From: Octopus bimaculoides
Taxonomy: Eukaryota
Direction of reading: 5' to 3'
Assembly: GCF_001194135.2 (NCBI RefSeq)
Contig: NC_069003.1
Location: 246,061-310,060, forward strand
Length of the DNA stretch: 64,000 bases
Shown here: positions 25,456-39,061 of the stretch, in pieces
Layout: every line of letters starts with the position of its first letter
Position numbering within the stretch: position 1 is the stretch's first letter
The notes under the pieces: model-generated
Seen by the model: the letters and a program-made list of their open reading frames with translations, nothing else
What the model was told of the DNA's origin: nothing
Database searches by the model: none
Made by a program: the position numbers and the translations under genes

Positions 25456-26629
25456 AAAATGTACATATATATTTATAAATATACACAGGCATATTCTACA
25501 CGTGTCTACATGTGAGCGTGTGTCTTTGTGTGAGAATGTTTGTTCGTCTGTTTTGTGTCTGTTTCTCTATGCTAGCATGGGTTAGAAGATTATATTATGG
25601 AGGCATTGTTCTACAGTTGAATATCTTTTCTGTCACTAACCCTAACCTTTATGGTTTCAAAGGGATTCTTATTGAGGACATGGAAGCTGCAAAGTGGGTC
25701 AAATGATCTGTGGACAGGCAAAGTGAGGAGAACAGGACCACTTGTGGCAGAACACTTTTGCAAGGCTGAAATGCAAACAAACTCACAGATGTGCACATGC
25801 ATACGTGTAATGGGTTTCTTTGGCTAAGAGGTCTTTAGTTGACCTCGGGCTATAGTAGAGATACACCTACTTTTCAATAGGACATGAATCTACCACAGGT
25901 AAAACCTTTCAGATGGACAGGTAAATACCAATCTATCTTGCCTGACTGAGTGAAGATGAGCTGAGAATTGTTCTGCCCCAGGAGAATTACAAAACAAGAG
26001 CAGGGAACGGACAAGGGAACATGTATATGGTTGCCCAACCTGTTAAAAGCAACAGCATCTTTTTTTAAATAAAGCCTACCGTTTTAAAAAAAATATGAAG
26101 GTACATATTAGACAATGTTATCTGAAATAAGAGAAATACTGGAATGGTTAGGGTTGGAGCATCTTTGGTCATATGTCTGTTGAGACATTGAAAAAATTGG
26201 GGCCAAAAAACAACAAAGAACTGAATACCATATCCACAAAAAACTATTCCAAGTCTATAAAAAGACACTCAATGTACAAGTTAGAGATTACATGATTGGA
26301 TTAGTAAACTGATAGAGACAAAAGAGGGGGGACACACTGGATTACATAACCATGACAACAGTAAGTTAATAAAAAACAAGAAAATTTAATATCAAGAAAA
26401 TGAAATAATGAAGATACACACGAGAAAAGAAGAACAACAGCAATAGAAAACACATTCTAGAGACCAATTTGAGTTTGTCTTAGCCATGCAGTGTTTAGAT
26501 TTCACATACAATGTGGCAAAAAGTAATAAATAATAAGAAACAAAATGTTTGGCAGCATGCAGAATGGAACAACCAAGAAACAGTTGACGAATAAAGAACT
26601 AAATCTGCATGCACACACAGAAACCTGCA

Positions 26630-26749
26630 TATACACACATTATATATGTATACACACACACACACACACACACGTGTGTGTGTGTCTATATATACATATA
26701 TATATATATCTATATACATACATACATACATACACAACACATATATATA

Positions 26750-26793
<44 letters not shown>

Positions 26794-26905
26794 TATATAC
26801 ATACATACATATACATACACACATATATTCACATATATATATATATGTATATATACGTACATATATTCATATATATATATACATATATATACATACTTAT
26901 ATACA

Positions 26906-26943
<38 letters not shown>

Positions 26944-27028
26944 CGCACATATAGATATAAATGTGTATATATATATATATATAAATACATACATATATAT
27001 ACACATACATATACATACATATATAAAC

Positions 27029-27072
<44 letters not shown>

Positions 27073-27110
27073 TTATGCATATTTATAAATATATATATCA
27101 TTACTATTAT
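26630..27110. repeat. Compound (TA)/(CA)/(TACA) microsatellite block, representative of dozens in the window
   Basis: Direct reading. (TA)n, (CA)n, (TAA)n, (GAT)n and (TAG)n tracts occur throughout and flank nearly all N gaps. Confidence 0.95.
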
Positions 27111-27428
27111 GTTGAACTGTCGTATGTCCAAAATTGGCCAGATGCGTTTTTTTCTTTTCAATGTTTATTTTTGCTTGCAATAACTGGTTCTTTTGGTCAA
27201 ACTATCGTATCTCCAGCTGCTTCAGATGCCAAGATATCAAAAATTGTCAAAGTGTTGTAGAACGGTTTTGCTATGGAATGGTGAAAATAATTTTTTTGTT
27301 TTCTGAAAAAGTAACATTTTGGACTTGTGACACTTTGCATAATAGCAACGATATATACATACATGCATATATATACATACACATATATATGTATATATAT
27401 ACATACATACACATAGATATATATACAG

Positions 27429-27510
<82 letters not shown>

Positions 27511-27571
27511 ATTTCTGTATATGTGTATACATACATATATATATATATATAATACACACACACGCATATAC

Positions 27572-27611
<40 letters not shown>

Positions 27612-27807
27612 CTTATATATGGGATCAGGTCAAGGAGGTTCCCATCTAGGATCAAAGGGCTCAAAACTTTCTCTTTTTAAGGGTCTTCGGCTTTAGAGTC
27701 CGGTGAGCTGTCCATGGGCAAGGTCCTTTATGGATGTGAAACCATTGGCCACTCTGTAAATGGACATGTACTTAACTGCATATATATATATATATATAAA
27801 TATACTT

Positions 27808-27843
<36 letters not shown>

Positions 27844-28004
27844 CTCCTTGCATAGTTGTGTGTTAAGAAGTTTCTTTCCCAACCACATCGCTTAAGGTTC
27901 AGTCCCACAGCATGGCACCTTGGGCAAGTATCTTCCACTATAACCCTGAGCCAACTAAAGCCTTGTAAACAGATTTGGTAGATGGAAACTGAAAGAAGCC
28001 TGTG

Positions 28005-28059
<55 letters not shown>

Positions 28060-28199
28060 TATGCCTATCTATATATACAAAATCTGACAAAAAAAAACTA
28101 TCAGCAATGTTGCCACAGTAATGGATCTAAAGTTCACATGGTGAAACTGGTTGGTACAAGTTGACTTTGGACTCTGTTGTGCATGCTCACCAAATTATA

Positions 28200-28565
28200 A
28201 CGTTCTTGCTTCCATTGTTTATAGCAGTGCTTGCAAGTAGAGTGTGTACAATGTGATTGAGCCAGAAAGAAGACTGGATTTTAGCCAAACAGGATTTCCT
28301 TGATTGTGTAGAGGAAGTCGAAGACATTTTGAAAAGGGTCATAACAGGTGATGAATGGGTCTATGGCTATGACCCCAAAATCAAGGCTAAGTCTTTGCAG
28401 TGGAAGACCACAACAAAATTTCAAGACATCAAGGAAATCCAAATGAATGTCATGAAGCAGCTGTTTGTTCTCCCGAAAAGGGAATTCCAGGAATGCTTCC
28501 CTCAGTTGAAAGAATGTTAAAGTGTAGGGCTTCAGAAAGGAACCACTCCAAAGGAGATTAAATGC
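28200..28565 (+). mobile_element. Internally deleted mariner element
   Basis: LKRVITGDEWVYGYDPKIKAKSLQWK (first Asp motif ITGDE.WVY.YDP) is fused directly to the C-terminal FQDIKEIQMNVMKQL..LPKREFQECF segment. Most of the catalytic domain is missing. Confidence 0.8.
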
Positions 28566-28629
28566 CAAATCAATAAATACATACATATTTACATGTATGT
28601 ACATATATATGCTTATACACACATACGTC

Positions 28630-28661
<32 letters not shown>

Positions 28662-29039
28662 GGTAAATACATTTATACTCACATGCAAGCACAGTAATAT
28701 ATAACAGCATGTCTATATCTACCTATGTACATAAACATGCATATATGTGTGTGTGTCCATATATGTATATATATTTATAGATATATGAATATGTATACAC
28801 ACACAGATGCACACACACACATATATATATTTATATACAGAATTAGGGAATAGAGTAGCTTTCTACATCTTGATCCTTTGATATAACCTTTATATATATA
28901 TGTATATAAATGTGTGTGTGTGTATATATATATATGTACACACCCATACACACACATGCGCACCCACATACATACATGTACACGCTGTTCAGGTTAAATT
29001 TTGATATTTTGGTGAACAATTAATTGCATTGGGGGAACA

Positions 29040-29430
29040 TCTAAGATTAAAGTCGTGGTTGAGAAAAAGTTAGCTGACATGGAGAACTGGAAGCCATCTG
29101 AATATTGGAAAAGAGTTACCTGTATCGTAATGATTCGCGCTGGGTGTGAAAATGCCAACATCATGACTGCTGCTCAATGCTCTGCGAACACTGTCGAGGC
29201 TGTGAGATGTGACATGGACTGCCGCAGCAGCAAAGACTACAAAGCCGTGTCCTGTAGAAAGGGACACAGCAAGTATTCTCATTGTCCATATGCCAGAATC
29301 CATGGTCACATGCTTGAACAAGGCCTTAGGCTCAATTCAGACAGCCATGGGAAGTTGCTTGAGACTGTGGTCAATCCCTAGATGGAGAGGGTTGCTGTGG
29401 GAGGGCTATATGTGTGGCAGCAGGATTTGA
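29040..29430 (+). mobile_element. Tc1/mariner-superfamily transposase N-terminal relic
   Basis: MENWKPSEYWKRVTCIVMIRAGCENANIMTAAQCSANTVEAVR is HTH-like. A second diverged copy lies at about 16590-16700 (+). Confidence 0.55.
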
Positions 29431-29560
29431 CTTCCAGCAATAATCTAATTGTTTGATGGTTTAAAATACATTTATTTTTTCGATGGAATATTGTGGTTTC
29501 TTTTTCTTTTATGCAAACAGCCAAATTTAGCCTGAACAACTTGTATCTGCATATATCTTT

Positions 29561-29601
<41 letters not shown>

Positions 29602-30279
29602 GACACATNNNNNNNNNNNNNNNNNNNNNNNNNNNNNNNNNNNNNNNNNNNNNNNNNNNNNNNNNNNNNNNNNNNNNNNNNNNNNNNNNNNNNNNNNNNN
29701 NNNNNNNNNNNNNNNNNNNNNNNNNNNNNNNNNNNNNNNNNNNNNNNNNNNNNNNNNNNNNNNNNNNNNNNNNNNNNNNNNNNNNNNNNNNNNNNNNNNN
29801 NNNNNNNNNNNNNNNNNNNNNNNNNNNNNNNNNNNNNNNNNNNNNNNNNNNNNNNNNNNNNNNNNNNNNNNNNNNNNNNNNNNNNNNNNNNNNNNNNNNN
29901 NNNNNNNNNNNNNNNNNNNNNNNNNNNNNNNNNNNNNNNNNNNNNNNNNNNNNNNNNNNNNNNNNNNNNNNNNNNNNNNNNNNNNNNNNNNNNNNNNNNN
30001 NNNNNNNNNNNNNNNNNNNNNNNNNNNNNNNNNNNNNNNNNNNNNNNNNNNNNNNNNNNNNNNNNNNNNNNNNNNNNNNNNNNNNNNNNNNNNNNNNNNN
30101 NNNNNNNNNNNNNNNNNNNNNNNNNNNNNNNNNNNNNNNNNNNNNNNNNNNNNNNNNNNNNNNNNNNNNNNNNNNNNNNNNNNNNNNNNNNNNNNNNNNN
30201 NNNNNNNNNNNNNNNNNNNNNNNNNNNNNNNNNNNNNNNNNNNNNNNNNNNNNNNTTCTAATATTTATAAGACTGTCTT

Positions 30280-31620
30280 TACATATAGAGGAATTTGCAT
30301 AAAATTTGTGAGGTACCTGTAGGTATGGTTTTTTGCAATTCACTTATTTTGGGGCTGCCAGGAATTTGGTCTACATATTTGTTTGCTCTTTTTTTTTGAT
30401 ATCCTTCCAAGTGCCCCAAAGACAATTGGTAATGTTGTTGTTGCTTTGATATGCCGCATTCTTTTGATTTCTATCTCCAAATCCTAATATTTGCTCAGTT
30501 CTTCAAATGCTTGCAGAGATGTATTCTTGTTAGCTGGGATGAAACATTTATCAAAGGACAAGTTTTTTAAGCATCATTTTTCACAAGGATATCTCGTTAG
30601 TCAGCCTGAATTTCCTGATCAGTTTGAACATAGAAATTCCAACAGATGGTAACTTCAGTAGTCTGGACAACTTATGGTGGCTTATGTTCTCACCATTTCT
30701 CTTTGTGAGGGAGGTTGTATGTACAGGACTTCCCCAGCTGGCTGCATCCAGAGATTGTGTTTGATTGTCTCTGGATGTTCTCTGCATATGTGTCATGACG
30801 GTTCCTTTCAGCTTTTAGAACTTTACATGGTGTAAGGCACTGATCGTGAGCAGTAATAATATATCCCTCAGTTTCTGATTTGAGATGAGAGCATATCGAC
30901 CATTGTTGAGTAAGGGTTTGGTATATCTCAGGGTTCCGGTCCCTAATCAGGTATTGCTATTCAGTAGTTTTTGCTCTCATTTCTCCATAGGGTATTGGAA
31001 GTTGATGAGTTTGGCTATATTTCTTATTTGTTTTACTCTTTTCAGTTAAGGACACATTTTCTTTAGCTACTGGTTCATCTAGCTGCATTTACTAAAGGTA
31101 CATTATTGCATTTTCTGTCAGTGAGTTCAACTATTTGGTACCTTCATGTTTCAGAACCAGCTTTAACATCCAGTCATTTCTTGTGAGTTGGCAGAAAGTT
31201 CTTCTGTTGGTTGCAATTTTCAGTAAGAGTGGAGATTGTATGAAACCTCAACTTCTTCTTTTCTTGAAAGGTATTCTTGATCTTGATGTCTGCTTTCGGG
31301 TGATGCACATAATGCATTGTCATTAGCTTTCAGATTTTGATATCAACTTTGTCGATCTCAGAGATGGAATAGTTTATAACAATGAAGCTGAATGTGATTA
31401 CAGGCATGGATAACAAGCTTTTGGTTTCAATTCTGCTTCTAGAATTCAACTTGGTTTCCAGAATCACACCTACTCAATGACAGCATTCTTTTCTTGTCTT
31501 TTCTCTCATTAGAGACTGCTTAATTCCTTCACAAATACCTAAATTCTTGTAATTACCCTCAGGTTTTAATTCTTTTATTTTGGTGTCTCTATCTCGATGA
31601 TGTCTCAATAAAAATATCAG
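30280..31620 (-). mobile_element. 5'-truncated R4/Dong-like non-LTR retrotransposon (RT C-terminus and RLE endonuclease), decayed
   Basis: In order on the - strand: IKELKPEGNYKNLGI...MREKTRKE; ILETKLNSRSRIE...PVITFSF; EIDKVDIKI*KLMTMHYVHHPKADI; KW*EHKP...WNFYVQTDQEIQAD*RDILVK (PD motif region); SKY*DLEIEIKRM...PIVFGALG...QIPGSPKISELQK...GTSQIL. Confidence 0.8.
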
Positions 31621-31909
31621 TCTTTGTGGAACCTCACAGACAAATCTGTCATGCCTTAATGGCAACAAATCAGAATTTATACCAGATTGGCTGTTGCCTG
31701 GGTCAACAAGTGCTGCATCACCCTGAGAGGAGCCAGTCATTTCAGAAGGCTGATGTGTGTGTGTGTGTGTGTGTGCACGTGTGATAAGCAGATATCTTTT
31801 ATCTTTTGCTTGCTTCAGCCATTGGACTACGACTATGCTGGGCGACCACTTCAAAAGATTTTAGATGAATAAATTGACCCAAGTGCTCAGTTTTAGAAGC
31901 CTGAACTGT

Positions 31910-31961
<52 letters not shown>

Positions 31962-32789
31962 TACTTGGTTAGTTTTCCCTGAATCAAACTATGTACAGAA
32001 TGAACAAATATTTCTTATGATTTTGAGTTCAGAAAACTTTGCTTCCATTATTATTTTAAGAGAGTGTTGCCATTGCATTTACAGAAAGGAGTTGTGTGTG
32101 TGTGAGTGTATAATATTCCTAAAACCAATCACTTTAAGGAGTGTACAGTGTCCTTTTTTCTTTTTGTGACACCAGCGTTAGTGACACACAAATCAAAAAC
32201 ACCCTTCAAATGAGGACTTACAGTAGAGAGAGGAAGGCAGTTTTATGCAACATAATGAAAGGTTTGGAATATAAAGGAGGTTGCTGGAATAAGTTTCTTG
32301 CTGTAGAGTAGATACATGACTCCTCACTTTGTACAAGAAGGGGATAAGAGTAACTAGGGTGGAACTGGAAAGAGAGATATAGAAATGGTGATAATGTGAT
32401 GCTGGGGATGAACCTGAGAGAGCAAAAGAATGGGAATAGGAATGGGAACGGTTGGTAAGAGTGTCTGTGGAGGGTGATGGATGGTTAGAGATGGGGAAGG
32501 AGTGCAAAGATAAGGGTGCACGATGGACAAAGGTTAAAGTGAAGAGGTGGAGGATCCACGAGGAATAGTTTGTGTTTGTCCTGCCATCACACCACTTGAT
32601 AACCAATGGTGGTTTGTTTAACCCCCCACCCCCATAACTTAGCAGTTCGACAAAACAAGACAGAAAGAATAAGTGGTTCATTTAAAAGAAAATAAGTACT
32701 GAGATTGATTTGTTCAACTAAACCCGTCGAGGTGGTGCCCCAGCATGGTTGCAGTCCAATGACTGAAACAACGAAAAGGTGTATGTGTG

Positions 32790-32826
<37 letters not shown>

Positions 32827-33623
32827 AATAACTGAGATTCAGTTGAATTAGGTACGTAAGTTGAAGCACTAAGTTAGTGCGGTATTATCTGCATAACTCA
32901 AAGTAAGGTGAATAAAATCCGAATAAGCAACAGGAGATCAAGAGGTGATGCAGGACGACTGTTTCAAGTGGTTTCATTTAATTGAACGATGCAATCATTA
33001 CATCAACTTAAATGCAGAGCTATCCTCAGAATTTTTTGATCAGTTGGATACATTAATATAATTTTACTTAAATTCTATAATAGAGAAAGAAGAGGGGAAA
33101 AAGTCCATGTTACTACTAATGTAACTCAAAATATACTTCACTTCTAAGAACTGCATTAGCATCAAGATGGGAATTATTAATCACAAGATTACTTAGAATT
33201 ATAGTTCAATATATATATATATATATATAAGTTTACATTTTTAACATCGCCGATTCCTATGGATCGCATAAATTGTAATTCTTCGAAACATATGTCGGAA
33301 TAAAGTATGCAGTTATAACATGCGTTTACTCCATTCTTTAAATTTATATATACTCAAATACCCAAAATATCAAGGAGTTTCTGCCTCACTAACAGGAATT
33401 ACACCACAGTTATTTTGTGATCTTTGCTACCTTGGTTTCTATTAACCCATTTATTCTATCCGAATTATTATTTATTAGGATAAAATAAATACATATAATT
33501 AATTATATATATATATATATATATATATNNNNNNNNNNNNNNATATATAATATAATATAGGATAAATTCTTTATGAGAATTTATCAAGTAGTCAGCGTGA
33601 GGCATTGATACACAGTTAATGCC

Positions 33624-33660
<37 letters not shown>

Positions 33661-33711
33661 TATATACATACATATACTTCAATATATATATATATATATA
33701 CATATAGTTCA

Positions 33712-33746
<35 letters not shown>

Positions 33747-34166
33747 TATATACACACTTTTAAGTTATCTCTACAAATTTTCTATAGAATTTAGAGTCAG
33801 TAGTAAAAGTTACGTTTCATATACAAATATGTCTATGTAAACAATGTGATCAAAGATAGACAAATATGTAAATATTTTACATATTTTACCTGATTTTCTG
33901 TCTCTAATCACATTGTTAACCTATGTTAACGTATTTGTATACAAGAATGTAGTAGCTTCCAGCGCTGGCTCTGAATTTTATTGAAAATCTGTAGAGATAA
34001 CTTAAAACTGATTGTATCACACTGCTAACACAAAAGAAATAGGACAAAAAGTAGATTACTAACTAAAAATAGCAGTGAGGGGAAACTCACATCATGAGGT
34101 AAATATTTAGTTGCAATTAAGGTAGATTTACATGTCTGCCTGTCTGTCTATCTATCTGTCTGCCTG

Positions 34167-34202
<36 letters not shown>

Positions 34203-35759
34203 CCTATCTGTCTGCTTGTCTGTCTGCATGTGAATATAGAAATATATATTTGCATATACACACACACAACACAAACACAAACACACACATTACATGTGTA
34301 TATACTTTTATACATACACAGGAGATGACAATGATGATAGGCAATTCACTGTGCTCAACAACACCCACCCATCACATCAAAAATACATATACATGTATGT
34401 GTATATATGTGTGTATATATGTGTATAAATGTACATATGTGTATATATTTGAAAAAATGAATAGAAATGTGTTTCCAGATAATCTTTCCACTTTAATAAT
34501 TGGATGTTTATAAGATACCAGGTGCTTACAAAAGTGACCGTGATGGGAGTTTCTCGCTTTAGATTGGTTTTTAAACTAATATTTTAGAGCTTGTTATTCA
34601 TTGCGTAAATAGGGAGTGTTTAATTACAAACATACACACATACGGTATGAAATGATGCTATAAAAATCTGTTGAGGACAAAGGAACGCGCCAGTGAGTTT
34701 ACTTACCAATATGCACAAACATGCACAGGTAATATAGTCTTCACTCATAGTGTACATGCATACACATACACAAATACACACACACACTCATACATATGTG
34801 CATATATATATGTGTGAGTATATATATGTGTATATATATGTGTGCGTGTGTATAATTATATATGTACATATATACGTATACATACAGATACATGCATACA
34901 GATATACATACATATAGACATGCGTATAAACATATATACATACATAAATACACACACATACATAGATACATACATATATACATACATACACATACACTGA
35001 TACACACACAAACACACATACATGATGATGGTACGTATATACTGAAAGTGTTTAGCTTCTTTTATATACAGTCTCTGGGTGAGTTAGGGTTAAAAAAATT
35101 GGAAAGAAACAAAATGCAAAACTCATAACATTTTTTCAAGAGGAAGTAAGAATTATTTCCCATGCATTGCGTTCAGTTTCATTGTGTGGCAAGAGCCACA
35201 CCCTATTGTCTTGGCTGACCTTTTAGATTTAAGATCAGAGATTTTTTACAAGATGTATGCATTTTGACAAGTTTCAGTCATCGAATGCGAAGATGCCTCC
35301 TACAACAGAATCAGGCACATAGCTTTGATTACGTCCACTTCGCAAAGGTTTATGTAAAGCCTCAACATTAACAAAATCCTTCGGTTAAAAGGACACAGCT
35401 TAGAGTCTACGAACTAGATTATCCCCACTTTTTCCTTCAAAATGTTTCTCTATATTTTCTTCTGAAACTTCTCTCTTTTCCCAACAGCACACCTTCGATC
35501 CGAATCTGATGGAGTGCCTCTCTCATGTCTAAAACTGCGAACATTATATAAATTTTCATTTTGAATTTTTGTGTAAGCTGGTGTTGCACGTAGAATTGGT
35601 ACAGAAAAACAATTGTACGGAATCATTACAAATGGGTTAAAGAGTTTTCTTTGTTTACTTTCAATTATTTGGATTATACACACACACACATATACATTTG
35701 TATATATTTGTATGTATATATATATGTATGTATGTAAATATGTGTGTGCTATATAGTAA

Positions 35760-36060
35760 TGAGATGCAGGCCTTGAATGCTGAGAACATGCAAAGACTAG
35801 AAATAAATGAAGCTAGCATGCTCTATTGGATGTGCAATGCAAGTGTGCATGAATGAAAAATCAGAAATGTGTTAAGAGAAAAAGTGGTCCTAAGAGGGAT
35901 TGGATGTAGAGTACAAGGAAGAATACTGCACTGGTGATGGTCATGTGAAGTGTATAAATGCGGACAGCTGGGTGAAGAAGTATCGATTGCTTAAGGTGGA
36001 TGGAAATTGGTGACCAGGGAAGAAACAGAGATAACATTATGGTGGAGGGATTTGTGATGC
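35760..36060 (+). mobile_element. RTE-like LINE 3' end fragment
   Basis: ...LRWYGHV..-type C-terminal segment (ctgcactggtgatggtcatgtg). Related antisense fragments lie at about 14640-15000, 16030-16420 (GLHWYGHVM) and 49120-49430. Confidence 0.65.
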
Positions 36061-36964
36061 ATGAGGCTTAAAAAATAATACGCCTATCTCAGTGTTAATG
36101 AGGTTCAGGACACATAATATCTGTTTACACAATTGGGCCCCTAAGTTCCAAATCTTCCCTCTTTCCATTTCTCATTCTCTGTCACTTACCCAACTGCAGT
36201 AAATGAGGACAGAACTACATATTTTATCGTCCCTTCTGGGATACTCATAATATTTCTCTCTACTGGCAACCACTTCACTTGACATTCATCCTCATTCTTA
36301 TATTGTCACTCTCCACTCACATTTTACACTAATCATTCTACCCTTTTCTGCCACCAAATTACTTCTCCCTCTCCAATGGTTTTAACTTGGGTGGCAGCGT
36401 CTCTTTTTGGAGGCATTGAGATGTGATCACACAGATTCAGCAAATGCCAAGAAGGCTCAATTAAGGGAGATGTGTGAGGTTTAGTGGTGCAGTGATAAAC
36501 CAGAGACAATATTTATATCTTAAATGAATGATTGAAAAAACTTTTTAAGGATTGAAATACGAATATCACATTTGTATTATTAAGCAGAAGATAGATGATG
36601 GATGTGCAAAAGTCCAACATGATTTCAATATGTAAGTCGTCAACGTTAGTAATTTCCATAAACGTGTAACATAAGCAGCTCTAGTCCATACGAATATATA
36701 ACCAAAAGCTGGAAGGGAGAGTATATAAAAGTATAACGAAGATTGCAAGTGTTCAGTTTTGTCTGGTTAGAATGAAATGCTTCTTCTGTTTTTTCTTTTC
36801 TCTGTTTGCAAAACAACTGAAGGGTGAAAGGTGGAGCTTCAGGAGCTGACTTCCTTGTTAAAGTCAACCAGGGTAGTAATTTTTACACACACACACAGAC
36901 ACACACACACGCACACATACATATATTTAAATACATACATATATGTGTCTATATAAATAAATAA

Positions 36965-37007
<43 letters not shown>

Positions 37008-38503
37008 AATATATATGCATTATCTACGCATGCATACATGCGTAGATACATAGATACTGAAATGATGGCAAGAGTGCTGAAACTTCAAAGTCACTATGAT
37101 TCAGTCAACCTTTTAGATATATATCTAACTCGCTTGCCACACAAGATGGTATTTCAATAATACCAAGTCGGGTAATAATCTCTCAGTCGATTGAATAACG
37201 AACATCCTTGGCCTATTCAAAGGGCGAACTGGAAAACAAACAACACCATCTGTTTACGAAGATCATGCAACATGTCAAGAAGCATCGGCATGCACTTTTG
37301 GGGAGACGACCATCAAAGGACAATGTTAGCCAAGCATTGTTTACACTCGGTGGATGAACAATAAATAATACATCAGCAGAAGAGGAAATATGACTTCTCT
37401 CCAATCCACACACACACAGACAAATAGATACAAGAAGCTTCTTTCATTTTCCTGCTCCCAAAAGCACTCACAATACTATGGTCAGCACCAGGCCCACTAG
37501 ACTCCTGGGTGCTACGTAGTGGGATTGAACCCAAAACTATGTGGTTGAGAAGCAGACTTCTGCACAGCAACACCAGTGCCCATATATGCGGTGTGTCAAG
37601 GACAAATAGTCAAGTAATGAAACCTAAGTATTTAGCAACTTGTACAATTTTCCCTCAGTCTTCCTAACACCAACCATCATCACCACCAGTGTAACTCCCC
37701 CCCCCCCGCAAGCCACTCACTCTTCCACCTCCACCTCTTTAGTAACCAGGAACAGAAAAGAAAGCAGAACTGTAAATGGAAAGGTAATGGAGAGAATGAA
37801 CGAAACAGGACTGAGTTTGAGATTTATCATCATCATCTTCATCATCATTTTAACGTCCATTTTCCCATGCTTGTAAAGGTCAGACAGAATTTGTTGCAGC
37901 AGATTTTCTCCTGCTGGACACCCTTGCTGTCACCAGATTTCATCTGTTTCCAGGGAAGACAGGAAATGAATGACATTGCTTATATGATGGTGACCATCAC
38001 ACAATGGCAAGACAAGCAGACACACTCACACATACACAAGCACATGTATATATGTGTGTTTATGTGTGTATATGGACTTTATATGTGTGTAATATAAAGT
38101 ACGGGTCAAATACTGGGGGTCAATTTTATCAACCTATCCCCTCTCCCCTAAAATTGCTGGCATTGTGCCAAATCTGAAACCATTGTTGTTGTTGTCATTA
38201 TTATTTGCTTAAATTTTAAATTATTTGATTATTATCATTTATGTTCCAGGATTGTTTTTAGTCATTTGAATTTCTAATTAATGTGATGTAATTGTAAATA
38301 TTATTTAAAAAAAATCTATTAATTACTATTGTATATCTTTGCATTTTAAAATGTGGTAAAATTTAGCTAAAAGAACTCTTATCTAAATATTCAATTCTAA
38401 ATGGCTATCACAAGACAGACTCTGTAAGTTCAGAGAAAAATATTTTTCCATATTTCATGCTCCCTTTCTCTCTCTCTACACACACATACACACAGATATC
38501 TAT

Positions 38504-38545
<42 letters not shown>

Positions 38546-38659
38546 ATGATTATACACATTTGCATATACATACATTAACACAAGCATATATGTACATTTA
38601 CACATAAGTATAAACATATATTTACACACAAGCACAAGCATGTATACATATATATATAT

Positions 38660-38724
<65 letters not shown>

Positions 38725-39003
38725 GGAAAGAAAGTTATTCCACACGGAATAAAGTGTAAAGAAAGTATTTGATTCTTTTCTGGGATTCCTTTTGATGGTT
38801 TCTTTTAAAGGCTTCAACTGATTCTCACAGATTTTTCTGTTTTTCAGAAGCAAGACAGTGACAACACAACCCCACGCTTTTCTCTCTGACTGAACTTTTG
38901 GAAATCAGAAAAGCTTGTGAATCTGGATCAGCCTTCGAAAATAAACCATCTAAAAGACTCCAAGTGCATTTTCAACTTCTGTTATATACATATATATATA
39001 TGC

Positions 39004-39050
<47 letters not shown>

Positions 39051-39061
39051 TTATTCAAAAC

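Noticed and set aside
26545-27183. YI/HT/CV-repeat, poly-N, poly-L and poly-Q ORFs (also 8839, 21822, 58500)
   Set aside because: They are translations of microsatellites with no splice or homology support.
27130-27350. [11 protein letters not shown] resembling a Tc1 FSDEK.F motif (similar faint signal at 10950-11290)
   Set aside because: Too short and degenerate to support a call.
35255-35310. Minus-strand GATGACTGAAACTTGTC hammerhead-like string
   Set aside because: No intact CUGANGA and stem I does not register.
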